Part shown: positions 1 to 11,430 of the stretch, piece after piece
How the letters are laid out: the number at the start of each line of letters is the position of its first letter
Position numbering within the stretch: the first letter of the stretch is position 1
Assembly (NCBI GenBank): GCA_951406725.2
Contig: OX597825.1
Location: forward strand, 10,726,001 to 10,790,000
DNA: 64,000 nt
Source: Octopus vulgaris
Lineage: Eukaryota
Direction of reading: 5' to 3'
Made by a program: the position numbers and the translations under genes
The notes under the pieces: generated by a model
What the model was told of the DNA's origin: nothing
Database searches by the model: none
What the model saw: only the letters and a program-made list of their open reading frames with translations

Positions 1-470
1 ATGTATATATGTATATGTGTATATATGTATATATGTGTATATATATGTATGTATATATGTGTATATATATGTATGTATATATGTGTGTATATATGTGTGT
101 GTATATATGTGTGTATATATGTGTGTATATATATGTATGTATATATGTGTGTGTATATATATGTATGTATATATGTGTGTATATATATGTATGTATATAT
201 GTGTGTATATATGTGTGTATATATGTGTGTATATATGTATGTATATGTGTGTATATATGTATGTATATATGTGTATATATATATGTATGTATATATGTGT
301 ATATATATATATGTGTATATATGTGTGTGTATATATGTGTATATATATATGTGTATATATGTGTGTGTATATGTGTGCATATATATGTATGTATATATGT
401 GTATATATATATGTATGTATGTATGTGTGTATATATGTGTGTATGTGTATATATGTATATGTATATATGC
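1..470. repeat. Compound (TA)n/(TG)n microsatellite
   Basis: Only short ATAT/GTGT/ATGT units; the three overlapping ORFs (M/Y/V/C/I-only) are artefacts of it. Confidence 0.97.
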
Positions 471-472
471 TT

Positions 473-690
473 GGAGGCGTAATGGCCCAGTGGTTAGGGC
501 AGTGGAGTTGCGGTCATAGGATTGCACTTTCGATTCCTAGACCGAGCGTTGCAAGTGTTTATTGAGCAAAAACACCTAAAGCTCCACGAGGATCTGGCAG
601 CGGGTGGTGGCAAACCCTGATGTACTCTTTTACCACAACTTTCTCTCACTCCTTCTTCCTGTTTCTGACTGGCTCTATCTGGGTTTTTCA
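473..690 (+). mobile_element. tRNA-derived SINE (decayed)
   Basis: A-box-like TGGCCCAGTGGTT and B-box-like TTTCGATTCC, then 'ttgagcaaaaacac'; related copy at 56991-57450. Confidence 0.65.
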
Positions 691-699
691 CATCATCTC

Positions 700-1960
700 T
701 CCTGTATGTGCCTTTGTTGCAGCTATAATGTATATACTTTGCAAAAGCTTCTGATAAATTAGATCATGGTATGATATGCCACAAATAGCGTGATCTTGGC
801 ATAGCTGAAAAGCTTGGAGAGTGGTTACATGACTTTCTGAAAGATAGAAGTCGGGCAGTAGTGGCCAATGGAGCCACCTCAATGAAAACACAAATAGTGA
901 GCAATGTTCCACAGGGCACTGTCTTAGGATCACTGCTTTTCATAGTGGCCCTTTCAGATGTGCCCTCAACTGCCCGGATAGCCACCCTTGCTTAGCTACG
1001 CAGACGATACAAAAAATACCGAACCTCATGGATGTTGCACACCTGTAGCAGAAGTTGGACTCAATTTGCAGATGGGCTGAGGATAATAATATGCGGTTTA
1101 ATGCTGAAAAATTCCACCCCTGCGCTACCAGTATCCAAAACTGAATATAAAACTTACAAGGTACAATGGTCCACTGAGGATTACAATCTCAGAGCCTAAA
1201 TCAGTGAGGGACCTGGGTATCGACATGAGTGATGATACCTCTTTCCAAGTGCTTGTTACCAGGATGGTGACAAAGTGCATATGACTGGCTGGATGGATCC
1301 TGAGAACATTCAGAACCAGAGAGAAGGAAACTATGATGGTCCTCTGGTGGGCATTCGTCCTCAGCTGCCTGGATTACTGCTCACAGCTATGGTCACCCAC
1401 TAGTGTGAAATTAACAGTGGACCTTGAAGTAATCCAGCATAGCTTCACAAAGAAGATCGTCTCTTTGCAACAGCTCAGCTACTGGGAAAAGCTGAAACAG
1501 CTAAGACTCTACTCTCGGGAGCGAAGGCGGGAGAGGTATGCAGTAATATACATCTGGAAGATCTTGGAAGGAATTGTGCCAAATTTTGGCATTGAAAACT
1601 ACATCAATGCCAGAATGGGTAGACACTGCACAGTGCCAAAGATCCCAGCAATTCCTTCGTGCTTCAGGACCAGTTACTGCAACAGCTTGGGTTTCAGGGT
1701 CCCATAGCTTTGTAATATTCTCCTAAAGAGCCTGAGGGACCAACACAAAGTGGACGTAGGTGTTTTCAAATCAAAACCGGACTCCTTCCTGTCAAGAGTC
1801 CCAGATGAACCTACCTCACGGCAAGAGATACAAATGAGGATAGCGACATTAAACTCCCTTATTCTCCAAATGCCACATATTAGAGGAGGCTTTCAATAAT
1901 AACAGTGTAGCAAAATGGCAGTACCCCGGCGCATGGCAACAGCCCTGAGCTGAAACTAAA
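700..1960 (+). mobile_element. Decayed CR1/L2-group LINE, reverse transcriptase C-terminal half
   Basis: Frameshifted RT motifs: VPQGTVLGSLLF (~905-940), YADDT (~997-1011), RDLGI, then ORF 1333-1707 LDYCSQLWSP...ERRRERYAVIYIWKI. Confidence 0.85.
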
Positions 1961-2564
1961 GAAGAAACAAATTATATATATATGTGTGTGTAGTTAGATT
2001 AAATAGTATTCTAAATTATGGAAGCACACTCTCTTATAATATTGTAGTAATCATTTGTGAAATTGGTCTCGGTTACCCAACATATGTACCTGTATAGCAG
2101 TGTGTGTATATAACAGGGAAACAGTGTATATTTTTCGGTTGAAGTTTTTCAGAAAGAGAAAAGTAAGAACTGGCATTTATCTTCATTTAATATACAATCA
2201 ATTTGATTCAAGCGATTTTTATATTTCAAATTTCATTAATGTCAACCATAAAAAAAAGAAATTATTCCTGTATCGTTTATATAAATATCATTTAGGGGGG
2301 GGGTTGTAATTTTCTGGTTTTTGTTTGGTTTTTTCTTTTTTCTTTTTCTTTTTTTTTTGTCAATTTGGCAGTGTTTGTGTTTTGAGGGAGAAGCGAAAAC
2401 GGTTTAGCATTATTTTGGTATGTTAAGAGGCAGAGGATAAAAATAACTATCTCCAGGCAGCAGAAATCATATTTATCATCACACTTACATACACACTTAT
2501 CTACACACTCTCACACACACACATGCACACAAGCACACTCTTATACACCTACTCTTACACACAA

Positions 2565-2617
<53 letters not shown>

Positions 2618-2752
2618 CCAGCTGTAGAAACTCTGCCAAATCAAGATTGGAGCCTGGTACAGCCATCTGGTTCTCCAGCCCTCAGTGAAAATCGTCCAAC
2701 CCATGCTAGCATGGAAAGCGGACGTTAAACGATGATGATGATGATGATGATG
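2618..2752 (+). mobile_element. 3' fragment of SINE family C ((GAT)n-tailed)
   Basis: ccagctgtagaaac...ccatgctagcatggaaagcggacgttaaacgatgatgatg; many copies of this family in the window. Confidence 0.85.
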
Positions 2753-3352
2753 AAAGTTGTAGTGATACACACACTTGATAATAATAGTGACAAAAAAATA
2801 TAAATAAAATCCTAGTGCAACCAATTAGAATGAGCTGGGTTTAGACTTTGGTGTGTATATTACAATATTTAATCATTAGTTTACCATCAAAATTTGACCA
2901 TTCCATGGTTCCTTGATTTTTCATCAGCACCTGTCCATAGATTTTTCAGTATTCTGTTTTGATTGCTTATGAAACTAATCAAACACACAGACACCAAAAT
3001 CTATGATTCCAATAAGCTTTATATAAATGTTGTTTTCTTTCGGTAATCATTTATGTGAAATATGTGCTTTAAAAGTTTCTAATGCATTCTGGACCAGGTT
3101 GAAAGGGCTGAAGACAGACACTTTCCTCTTTTGGTCAAGCCCTCATCAACTCTTTCAAGTTTCGCTTGAAAAGGAGAGTGAGGATAGAGAGGGAAGAAAT
3201 GCCTTCCAATAATTTTGTTAAAAGGTGGGTGAACGTAGCACGAATGGCCCCAGTGAATGGCCCTACTCTAAGCATGCACCTGTAGATCAAGGGTAGATGA
3301 AGTGGAGAGGGCACTTGCCCTAGAGATCAGGGCAATTGTAGTTTTTGGGGAT

Positions 3353-3700
3353 TTATTACCTCTGTCTTAGCAAAGGTATTGTTTTTATGGTTGTTTGTTT
3401 GTCCATGAACAATATATCTCAAGAACCACTGGATGGATTCTACTGAAACTTTTGGGGATGAGTGGCATGAACTGATTAGATTTTGGGATCGATCTAGTAC
3501 CAGACAAGGATTCTGGATTATTTTTCCTGTTTTTTTTTAAAATTTAATTTTTGAGAGCAGTCAGGTTCTTTTTAGTGTTCTCTTTTGTGAGAGCAGTCGA
3601 GTTTATTTCAGATATTCTCATTTTAAAAACCATCTCTGGCTAATCATTGAGAGGATGTTGGTGTTGCCTTGGCAGAGGTTTGCACTTTCTGAGTGCTCGT
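3353..3700 (+). mobile_element. Helentron/DINE-1-like non-autonomous element
   Basis: 5' ttattacctctg with subterminal inverted cagaggt near the 3' end, (GTTT/GTCC) tract after the 5' end, 3' hairpin gcact-ttctg-agtgc. Confidence 0.6.
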
Positions 3701-3841
3701 TATAATTTTTATTGATTTTACCTTTTTACTCAATTAAATTAAAAGACGATTAAAATCTTTTTTCTGTGTTGTGCTGTCCTGTGCTATCCCCAGTAAACCT
3801 TCAATGGTGAATAAAGAAAAGAAGATTATCATTATTATTAA

Positions 3842-4260
3842 GGCAGTGAGCTGGCAGAAACGTTAGCACGCCGGGCGAAATGCGTAGCCGTTTACCGTTA
3901 CATTCTGAGTTCAAATTCCGCCGAGGTCGACTTTGCCTTTCATCCTTTCGGGGTCTATAAATTAAGTACCAGTTACGCACTGGGGTTGATGTAATCGACT
4001 TAATCCGTTTGCCTGTCCTTGTTTGTCCCCTCTATGTTTAGCCCCTTGTGGGTAGTAAAGAAACAGAATCATTAGCACACTGGACGAAATGCTTAACAGT
4101 ATTTCATACGTCTTTACGTTCTGAGTTCAAATTCCACCGAGGTCAGCTTTGCCTTTCATCCTTTCGGGATCAATAAAATAAGTACCAGTTACGCACTGGA
4201 GTTGATGTAATCGACTCATCTCCACTCCTTCAAGCTGCCCTTGTGGAGAAAATTTGAAAT
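3842..4260 (+). mobile_element. SINE family B (Meta-domain-like), two adjacent copies
   Basis: ggcagtgagctggcagaaacgttagc...gagttcaaattcc (B box)...gcctttcatcctttcggggtc...aagtaccag. Confidence 0.85.
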
Positions 4261-4640
4261 AATTGTTGTAATTCTTTGGTCTCGTAAGAATTATTTTATT
4301 CTTGAAACTTTAGTGTTATTACCTCTAAAAACAAAAAAAAAACAACAAGCATTCTTAATCTACAGTTTTGGTGTTTGTTTGTTAACTAATCAGAAACGCT
4401 ATCTCCAAAATCACTGGCAAACCACTGTCTTTCGTTCCCACCATTTTTTGAGATAAGATTCCCCACCTTCTCTCCAACTCTATCTCTTCTGACTTGTTCT
4501 TGTGATGACGACGATGATGATGATAATGGTAACTCCCCCCCTGCCTCTCACCACCATTCCTACTCGTCAACAACAGAATTTTATACTCTTCTGACGATGA
4601 TAACTTAACGATGAAATCAATCTTATCTCTCTGCCCCCCC

Positions 4641-4680
<40 letters not shown>

Positions 4681-5261
4681 TCACTCTCCCTCTCTTTAAA
4701 CTTCTCTCATAATTTCTTTACTCTCTCTCTCTCTTTCACCATTCTCCCCTCATATTCTTCACTTAAATGCCTAGTCTGTTGCTCTTGCTGCTACTACTAC
4801 TACTACTACTACTGCTGCTGCTTGTACTATACCATTGTTGCTGTTATTTATTTCCTACATAGCAGCACTTGTTTTTCTTTGTCATGCACCAACACAGAAC
4901 CAGTTACCATGTAGAGAAATTCTACTACTGCTATTATTGCTTCTAATAAACCCTGGATGTGTGTATATCCCATTTGGAATATTGTAAATAAACACACAAG
5001 TGTGCGAGTCTGGGATATTTTTTAAAGGAATATATTCTTTCATTATATATATATATTTACATAGTGTTACACACACACACACACACACACACACAACACG
5101 TATACACACACACACACACACACGTATACACATATAATTTCGAACCACATTAATATAATATGATGGACAAAGGGAAACAGAACACCAAATGAAAGTGAAA
5201 GGAAGGCGCTCATTTTTGTTAACTAATGTATTGTATACGTGTAGTGTTGTTTAGCATGGTC

Positions 5262-6003
5262 AGGCGAAATGCTTAGCGATATTTCGTCTGCCGTTATGTT
5301 CTGAGTTCAAATTCCGCCGAGGTTGACTTTGCCTTTCATCCTTTCGGGATCGATAAATTAAGTACCAGTTACGCACCGGGGTCGATGTAATCGACTTAAT
5401 CCGTTTGTCTGTCCTTGTTTGTCCTCTCTGTGTTTAGCCCCTTGTGGGTAGTAAAGAAATAGGTATTTCATCAGCCGTTACGTTCTGAGTTCAAATTCCG
5501 CCTAGGTCGACTTTGCCGTTCATCCTTTCCGGGTCGATTAAATAAGTACCAGTTACGCACTGGGGTCGATGTAATCGACTTAATCCGTTTGTCTGTCCTT
5601 GTTTGTCCCCTTATTGTGTTTAGCCCCTTGTGGGTAATAAAGAAATAGGTATTTCGTCTGCCGTTACGTTCTGAGTTTAAATTCTACCGAGGTCGACTTT
5701 GCCTTTCATCCTTTCGGGGTCGATAAATTAAGTACCAGTTACGCACCGGGGTTGATCTAATCGACTTAATCCGTTTGTCTGTCCTTGTTTGTCCTCTCTG
5801 TGTTTAGCCCCTTGTGGGTAGTAAAGAAATAGAAATAGGTATTTCGTCTGCCGCTACGTTCTGAGTTCAAATTCCGCCGATGTCGACTTTGCCTTTCATC
5901 CTTTCAGGGTCGATAAATTAAGTACCAATTGCGTACTGGGGTCGATCTAATCGACTGGCCCCCTCCCCTCAAATTTCAGGCCTTGTGCCTAGATTAGAAA
6001 AGA
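5262..6003 (+). mobile_element. Tandem tetramer of SINE family B
   Basis: Four ~185-190 bp units; junctions 'gaaata|ggtatttc' at 5462, 5648 and 5838. Confidence 0.9.
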
Positions 6004-6369
6004 TTATTACTTGTGTTATTATACTAAAGTTGATTTCGTAGAGGTTTTGTATTTCAATGGCTTTCCTATCTCTCGTGAAGAAAACCTTCGGTTAAAAAGA
6101 AGAAAAACAAAATTAAAATGTTGAAACGAAATAAATCAATTGCATATCAATAATTAGTACAATTATTGTTGATTGTTGACGATTTTTGCTGATTGTTAAC
6201 CATTATTTGTTATCTTTTCGCTTTCAGTCGGTAGTTTGTTTCAATTTGTCCTCCGCCATATTTGTACAAAGTTCGAAAGATCGATACATACATACACACA
6301 TATATATATATAATGTGTGTGTGTGTGTATATACTCTTTAATACTTTAACTAGTGTCAGCCCTAAACTT

Positions 6370-6805
6370 GCGGCCATGCTGGTGCACCATCTTTGGCTTT
6401 ACTACACCCTCGGTGTTTGGATGTGGCATTTGGTGAATGAAGGAGTTTGATGCTGCTGTCCTCATCTCCGTTTCCTGCCATGAGGTAAGCTCATCCGAAA
6501 TCCTTGACAGGAGATCCAGTTTTGTTTTGAAGACACATCCACACCATGCAGGTCTCCCAAGCTTTGGGAAAGGATATTGTAGAAGTGTGGGGCCTTGAAA
6601 CCCAAGCTATTGCAGTATCTGGTCCTGTATCTTGATGGCAATGTTGGGTTCCTTGGTGTTACACAGTGGCACCCCATTTTGCTGTTTGTGTAATTTTCAG
6701 TGCCAAGGTTTGGTACAATTCCTTCTTCCAGGATCTTCCAGATGTATATCACTGCATATCTTTCCCACCTTCATTCCAGGGAGTAGTGTCTTAACTTTTT
6801 CAGCC
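6370..6805 (-). mobile_element. 3' fragment of the same LINE family as 700-1960
   Basis: ORF 6462-6752 IYIWKILEEGIVPN...YCNSLGF closely matches ORF 1333-1707. Confidence 0.85.
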
Positions 6806-7128
6806 ATTAATATTATTGTTGTTGTTCATTTATTCAAATTCTGCCATGGCCAACTTAGCCCGTCATCCTTTTAGGGTTGATCAAATAAGTACCAGTTGAA
6901 CACTGGGGTCAATGTAATCAGCTCCTCCGAAACTGTTGGCCTTGTGCCAAAATTTGAAACCAATATTATTGTTGTTTTTATTACTTAAGGCAATGAACTG
7001 ACAGAATTGTTAGGGAATCAGAAAAAATGTCCTGTTGCATTTGTTCTGGCTCTTTATGTTCTGAGTTCAAATCTGAGATTAGCTTTTTCTTTCATCATTC
7101 AGGTTGGCAATCAACCAAAAAAGTGAGG

Positions 7129-7468
7129 CAATACAGTTCTATATTTAAGAGATGAGGAACTATTTACATTATTTACATTTGACGGATATTTGTCCTCATC
7201 TTGTTTGTTGTTAACACAACATTTTGGCTGATACACCCTCCACCATTCATCAGGTGTCTTGGGGAAATTTCAAACCTGGGTTCTCATTCCTAAGGTATTT
7301 TTCAATGTTATCATTATTATTATTCAGATCACTGCCTGGAATCGAACTCGGAATCTTGGAGTTAGTAGCCTTGCGCTTTTAACCACTATACCATATGCCC
7401 GCGGGCAATTATGGAGTGAATTTTAGAGCTACTAACCCCAAGATTCTAAGTTCGATTCCCGGCAGTGA

Positions 7469-7499
<31 letters not shown>

Positions 7500-7654
7500 G
7501 ATAATAATATTGAAAAATACCTTAGGAATGAGAACCCAGGTTCGAAATTTCCCCAAGACACCTGATGAAGGCTGGAGAATATATCAGCTGAAATGTGTTA
7601 ACAACAAACAAGATGAGGACAAATATCCGTCAAATGTAAATAATGTAAATAATG
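7129..7654. mobile_element. Palindromic (head-to-head) tRNA-headed element with hammerhead motifs, flanked by 13-bp TSD
   Basis: ~230-bp inverted arms; CAAAAAAGTGAGG at 7116-7128 and 7655-7667; tRNA-like head at the centre; hammerhead-like cores at 7213-7258(-) and 7557-7599(+). Confidence 0.85.
7557..7599 (+). ncRNA. Minimal type I hammerhead ribozyme motif (degenerate stem III)
   Basis: gacac-CTGATGA-a-ggctg..cagct-GAAA-tgtgtt. Confidence 0.55.
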
Positions 7655-8184
7655 CAAAAAAGTGAGGGTTCATATATTTGGATTGTCTTCTGCTTGGGGC
7701 TATGACTAAAGAAAGTGGTGAGCTTAGTATCTTACTGCTTGCTCTCTCTCACCAGAAAAAGGATGATAGAGTAGTTTTTATGACCAAGAAAGCCATGAAA
7801 TGAGTTTAGTATCTTACCACATAAGCCAATTGAGATAATCCCTTGTGATTAAGGAAAGCTAATTTGTTTGATCATCTGAAAATGAATGGATTAGATAGAT
7901 AGTCCAACTAGAGATGGAAGTGTAGTGTCTTCTTATTTAGCTCCAGATTAGAAAACTTACTTTGTATTAGTCTCTTGAGTGACTAGGTGTGATCTACAGT
8001 TTTGTTGTTTCAGATATGCTCTTCTCCATCTTGATCCAGTAAGGTAGCCTCAATGCAGTTGCTGGACCTGTTAGAAATATCAGCCACCGGTCCCTCAAAG
8101 TACTTACTGTTGTCCTTAAAAAACAAAGAGAAAGTTATATTGTCTAATACATTTTTAGTCTGGGTGTTCAGGGCTTGAGCAGCA

Positions 8185-8936
8185 GACAAATATTTGATGC
8201 TATATGGTAGACCCCCTTCGGTCATGAATGACCATGGGATTGCACCTAGGAAAATTACCCTCCGAGGTACAAGTCCGAGCAAGGTTGTTTATGGAAGACC
8301 AGCAGTCGCCCATGCATACCAGCCTCCCCTCACCACACCACCAGTGTTATCCAAGGGAAAGGCAAAGGGGCCGATACAGCTTGGCACCAGTGATGTTGCA
8401 ACTCATTTCTACAGCTGAATTAACTGGAGCAACGTGAAATTAAGTGTCTTGCTCAAGAACACAACACACAGCCCACACATAGGCACAGGAGTGGCTGTGT
8501 GGTAAGTAGTATGCTTACCAACCACATGGTTCCGGGTTCAGTCCCACTGCGTGGCACCTTGGGCAAGTGTCTTCTGCTACAGCCTCGTGCCGACCAAAGC
8601 CTTGTGAGTGGATTTGGTAGACGGAAACTGAAAGAAGCCTGTCGTATATATGTATATATATGTGTGTGTCTGTGTTTGTCTCCCTAGCATTACTTGACAA
8701 CCGATGCTGGTGTGTTTATGTCCCCGTCACTTAGCGGTTCGACAAAAAGAGACCGATAGAATAAGTACTGGGCTTACAAAGAATAAGTCCCGGGGTCGAG
8801 TTGCTCGACTAAAGGCGGTGCTCCAGCATGGCCGCAGTCAAATGACTGAAACAAGTTAAAAAGAGCCCGCTCCGGGAATCGAACTCACAACCTCACGATT
8901 GTAAGCTCGACGCTCTAACCACTGAGCCATGCGCCT
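8185..8936 (-). mobile_element. tRNA-derived SINE interrupted by a family A SINE
   Basis: Head at 8870-8936 (rc aggcgcatggctcagtggttagagcgtcg...gagttcgattcccgg); body 8185-8474; 'agccc' repeated on both sides of the insertion. Confidence 0.75.
8482..8863 (+). mobile_element. SINE family A, full length
   Basis: ggagtggctgtgtggtaag...gggttcagtccc...ccttgggcaagtgtc...(TA/TG)n...atgactgaaacaagt tail. Confidence 0.9.
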
Positions 8937-9332
8937 TCACACATGGTGCCATATAGGGCTACACCAAAAAGGGTTAATCAACAGCAAAAACAAACTACCT
9001 GATCTTTTAATCACAACACACCAGTGGCTAAGATAGTCTGGAATACATTATATCTGAAGACAGACGTAGTTCTCATAGCTGTGACTCTAGTTCAATGGAG
9101 AAAATAAAACAAACCGTGTAAAACAGGTTTGGGTGAGTGAATGAGATTGTGGTGAAATCCGCCACAAGTGTAGCACATTCTATTGTGTTCTATGCTGGGC
9201 ATTGTTGACTGTGATAAGCCAATGTCAGTCCTTCCTTTAATCATGATACCAGGGCTAAACAGCGGCTCTTTTAACTGTTGAGGTTTTACATACCCTGTGC
9301 ATATCATTGCAACGACCATGCTTGGAATCTGA

Positions 9333-9815
9333 CTCTTTTACTTGTTTCGGTCGTTTGACTGTTGTAGCCATGCTGGAGCACCGCCCTTTAGTCGAGCAAA
9401 TCGACCCCCAGGGCTTATTCTTTTGTAAGCCTAGTACTTATTCTATCGGTCTCTTTTGCCGAACCGCTAAGTTACGGGGACGTAAACACACCAGCATCGG
9501 TTGTCAAGCGATGTTGGGGGGACAAGCACAGACACACAAACACACACATATATATATATATATATACATATACAGACCCCAGTTGAACCGTCCAACCCAT
9601 GCTAGCATGGAAAGCGGACGTTAAACGATGATGATGATGATGAGGATATATACGACGGGCTTCTTTCAGTTTCTGTCTACCAAATCCACTCACAAGGCTT
9701 TGGTCGGCCCGAAGCTTTAGTAGAAAACACTTGCCCAAGGTGCCACGCAGTGGGACTGAACCCGGAACCATGTGGTTGGTAAGCAAGCTACTTACCACAC
9801 AGCCACTCCCTGCGC
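9333..9815 (-). mobile_element. SINE family A, full length, with nested family C 3' fragment (~9572-9643)
   Basis: Reverse complement of 8482-8863; nested ccatgctagcatgg...gatgatga in its microsatellite. Confidence 0.9.
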
Positions 9816-10379
9816 CTAATAATACTGATAATTTATTCCAGGTTTTTTCCTTGTTTCACTTGCTAGAATACCAGGTTTTTCCCAGTTTCACTTTACTATT
9901 TGGGAAAAACCAAAGAGGAATTTTGGTTTTACTTTCTTTTGTATGGTTTTTCAGTAATGGTCGATGATTGATGTGCTGCAGTTTTTAAAAAATATAGTTA
10001 AAACTTTAGAAAATCAATATTAAATGCTTGAAAATCAATAACTGAATGCTTGGTCATCATGAAAAGTGTGTTATTCATCATTTTGTTATACACTGGTATA
10101 ATTGATGAAACAATATAAGAAAAATGTCTGTATTTTTTTTTCTGTTTTTAAGTTTAAAACAGGTTTTTTTCTTTCTTAAATTTGTTTAAAATATTAAGGA
10201 AAAAGAACTTTAACATCATAGTCCTTTCAACTGTAGGCACAGGGCCTGAAATTTTGGAGGAGGCGGGTGGGTACTTGATTACATTGACCGCAGTGCTCAA
10301 CTGGTACTCATTTCATTGACCTCGGAATGATGAAAGACAAAGTTGACCTCAGTGGAATTTGAACTCAGAACATAGAGAT

Positions 10380-10660
10380 AGGCGTAGGAGTGGCTGTGTG
10401 GCAAGTAGCTTGCTTACCAACCACATGGTCCCGGGTTCAGTCCCACTGTGTGGCACCTTGGGCAAGTGTCTTCTACTATAGCCTCGGGTCAACCAAAGCC
10501 TTGTGAGTGGATTTGGTAGATGGAAACTGAAAGAAGCCTATCATGTGTGTATGTATGTATATATATATATGTTTGTATGTCTGAGTCTGTCTCCCCAACA
10601 TCGCTTGACAACCGATGCTGGTGTGTTTATGTCCCTGTAACTTAATGGTTCTGCAAAAGA
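10380..10660 (+). mobile_element. SINE family A, 3' truncated
   Basis: Matches the 5' part of 8482-8863. Confidence 0.85.
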
Positions 10661-11144
10661 GTGTGTATCTCTCTGGCCACTCTAAGTCAATTTCTTTTAG
10701 GTCATCTTTGATTTAAGCTTTGTTTCATTTATGCAAACGACCTAGGTCACGAATGTGTCCTTTTTTTTTTTTAATATATCTAAGTGTCCACCAGAGCTAA
10801 GGTAGGACAACTGCTATACTGATACACCTAATAAGACAAAAATCCAAGCCCATAGCTCTTTCCTTGTTTCCAAACAATCTGACTTACTTTTCCTTAATGG
10901 TATATTAATCTTAAAGAATTGTTGATGCTTGACTTCACCTCCTCCTCTCATTAGGGAGTTGTTGCCATTTGCCATAATGTGTGTGTTCTACTCTCTTCTG
11001 TAAACAAGGATAATTTCAATGAATCCAGTATTTTCTATATTGTTTTGATATGCCATTTATTTGTCTTTGTGTTATTTCCCTTACTTTTCATTTCGCATGC
11101 AAGTGTGTGTGGGTTTGGCTTTGTAGCTATCTCTTGCTCTTGTC

Positions 11145-11430
11145 TCTTGAGACAGCATTCACCCGGGGTGGGTGGGTTGAGCTGGCTTCATTCATCCTCA
11201 ATGCTGCATCTCTCACAAACGCCGACCAGGCCTGGCAATTTGAGGCTAATGACCGCATGATCTCCAACCACTCCTTATCCCAGTGGTGAACGCCGTAGAT
11301 ATGGGGGCTAGGTTGGGTTCCAGATCAGCCTTGACTGTCATCAGCCAGGTTTTTCGTTGTCCACCACATTGCTTTTGCCAACCCTGAAGGGGAGCTGGGG
11401 CAATTGCTTCATAGATGAATTCTCCTTGTA
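11145..11430 (-). mobile_element. RTE-like LINE 3' remnant
   Basis: Minus-strand remnant reading ...SNCQAWSAFVRDAA...NEASSTHPG*, typical of an RTE ORF end. Confidence 0.45.

Noticed and set aside
1-565. Three long overlapping ORFs of 157-182 aa
   Set aside because: Translations of a dinucleotide microsatellite.
5262-6003. CRISPR-like or satellite array
   Set aside because: No unique spacers; units are SINE bodies in a eukaryotic context.
7134-7160. TA|CAGT terminus suggesting a Tc1-type MITE
   Set aside because: Only one arm per element has this end, and the 13-bp TSD argues for retrotransposition; not fully excluded.
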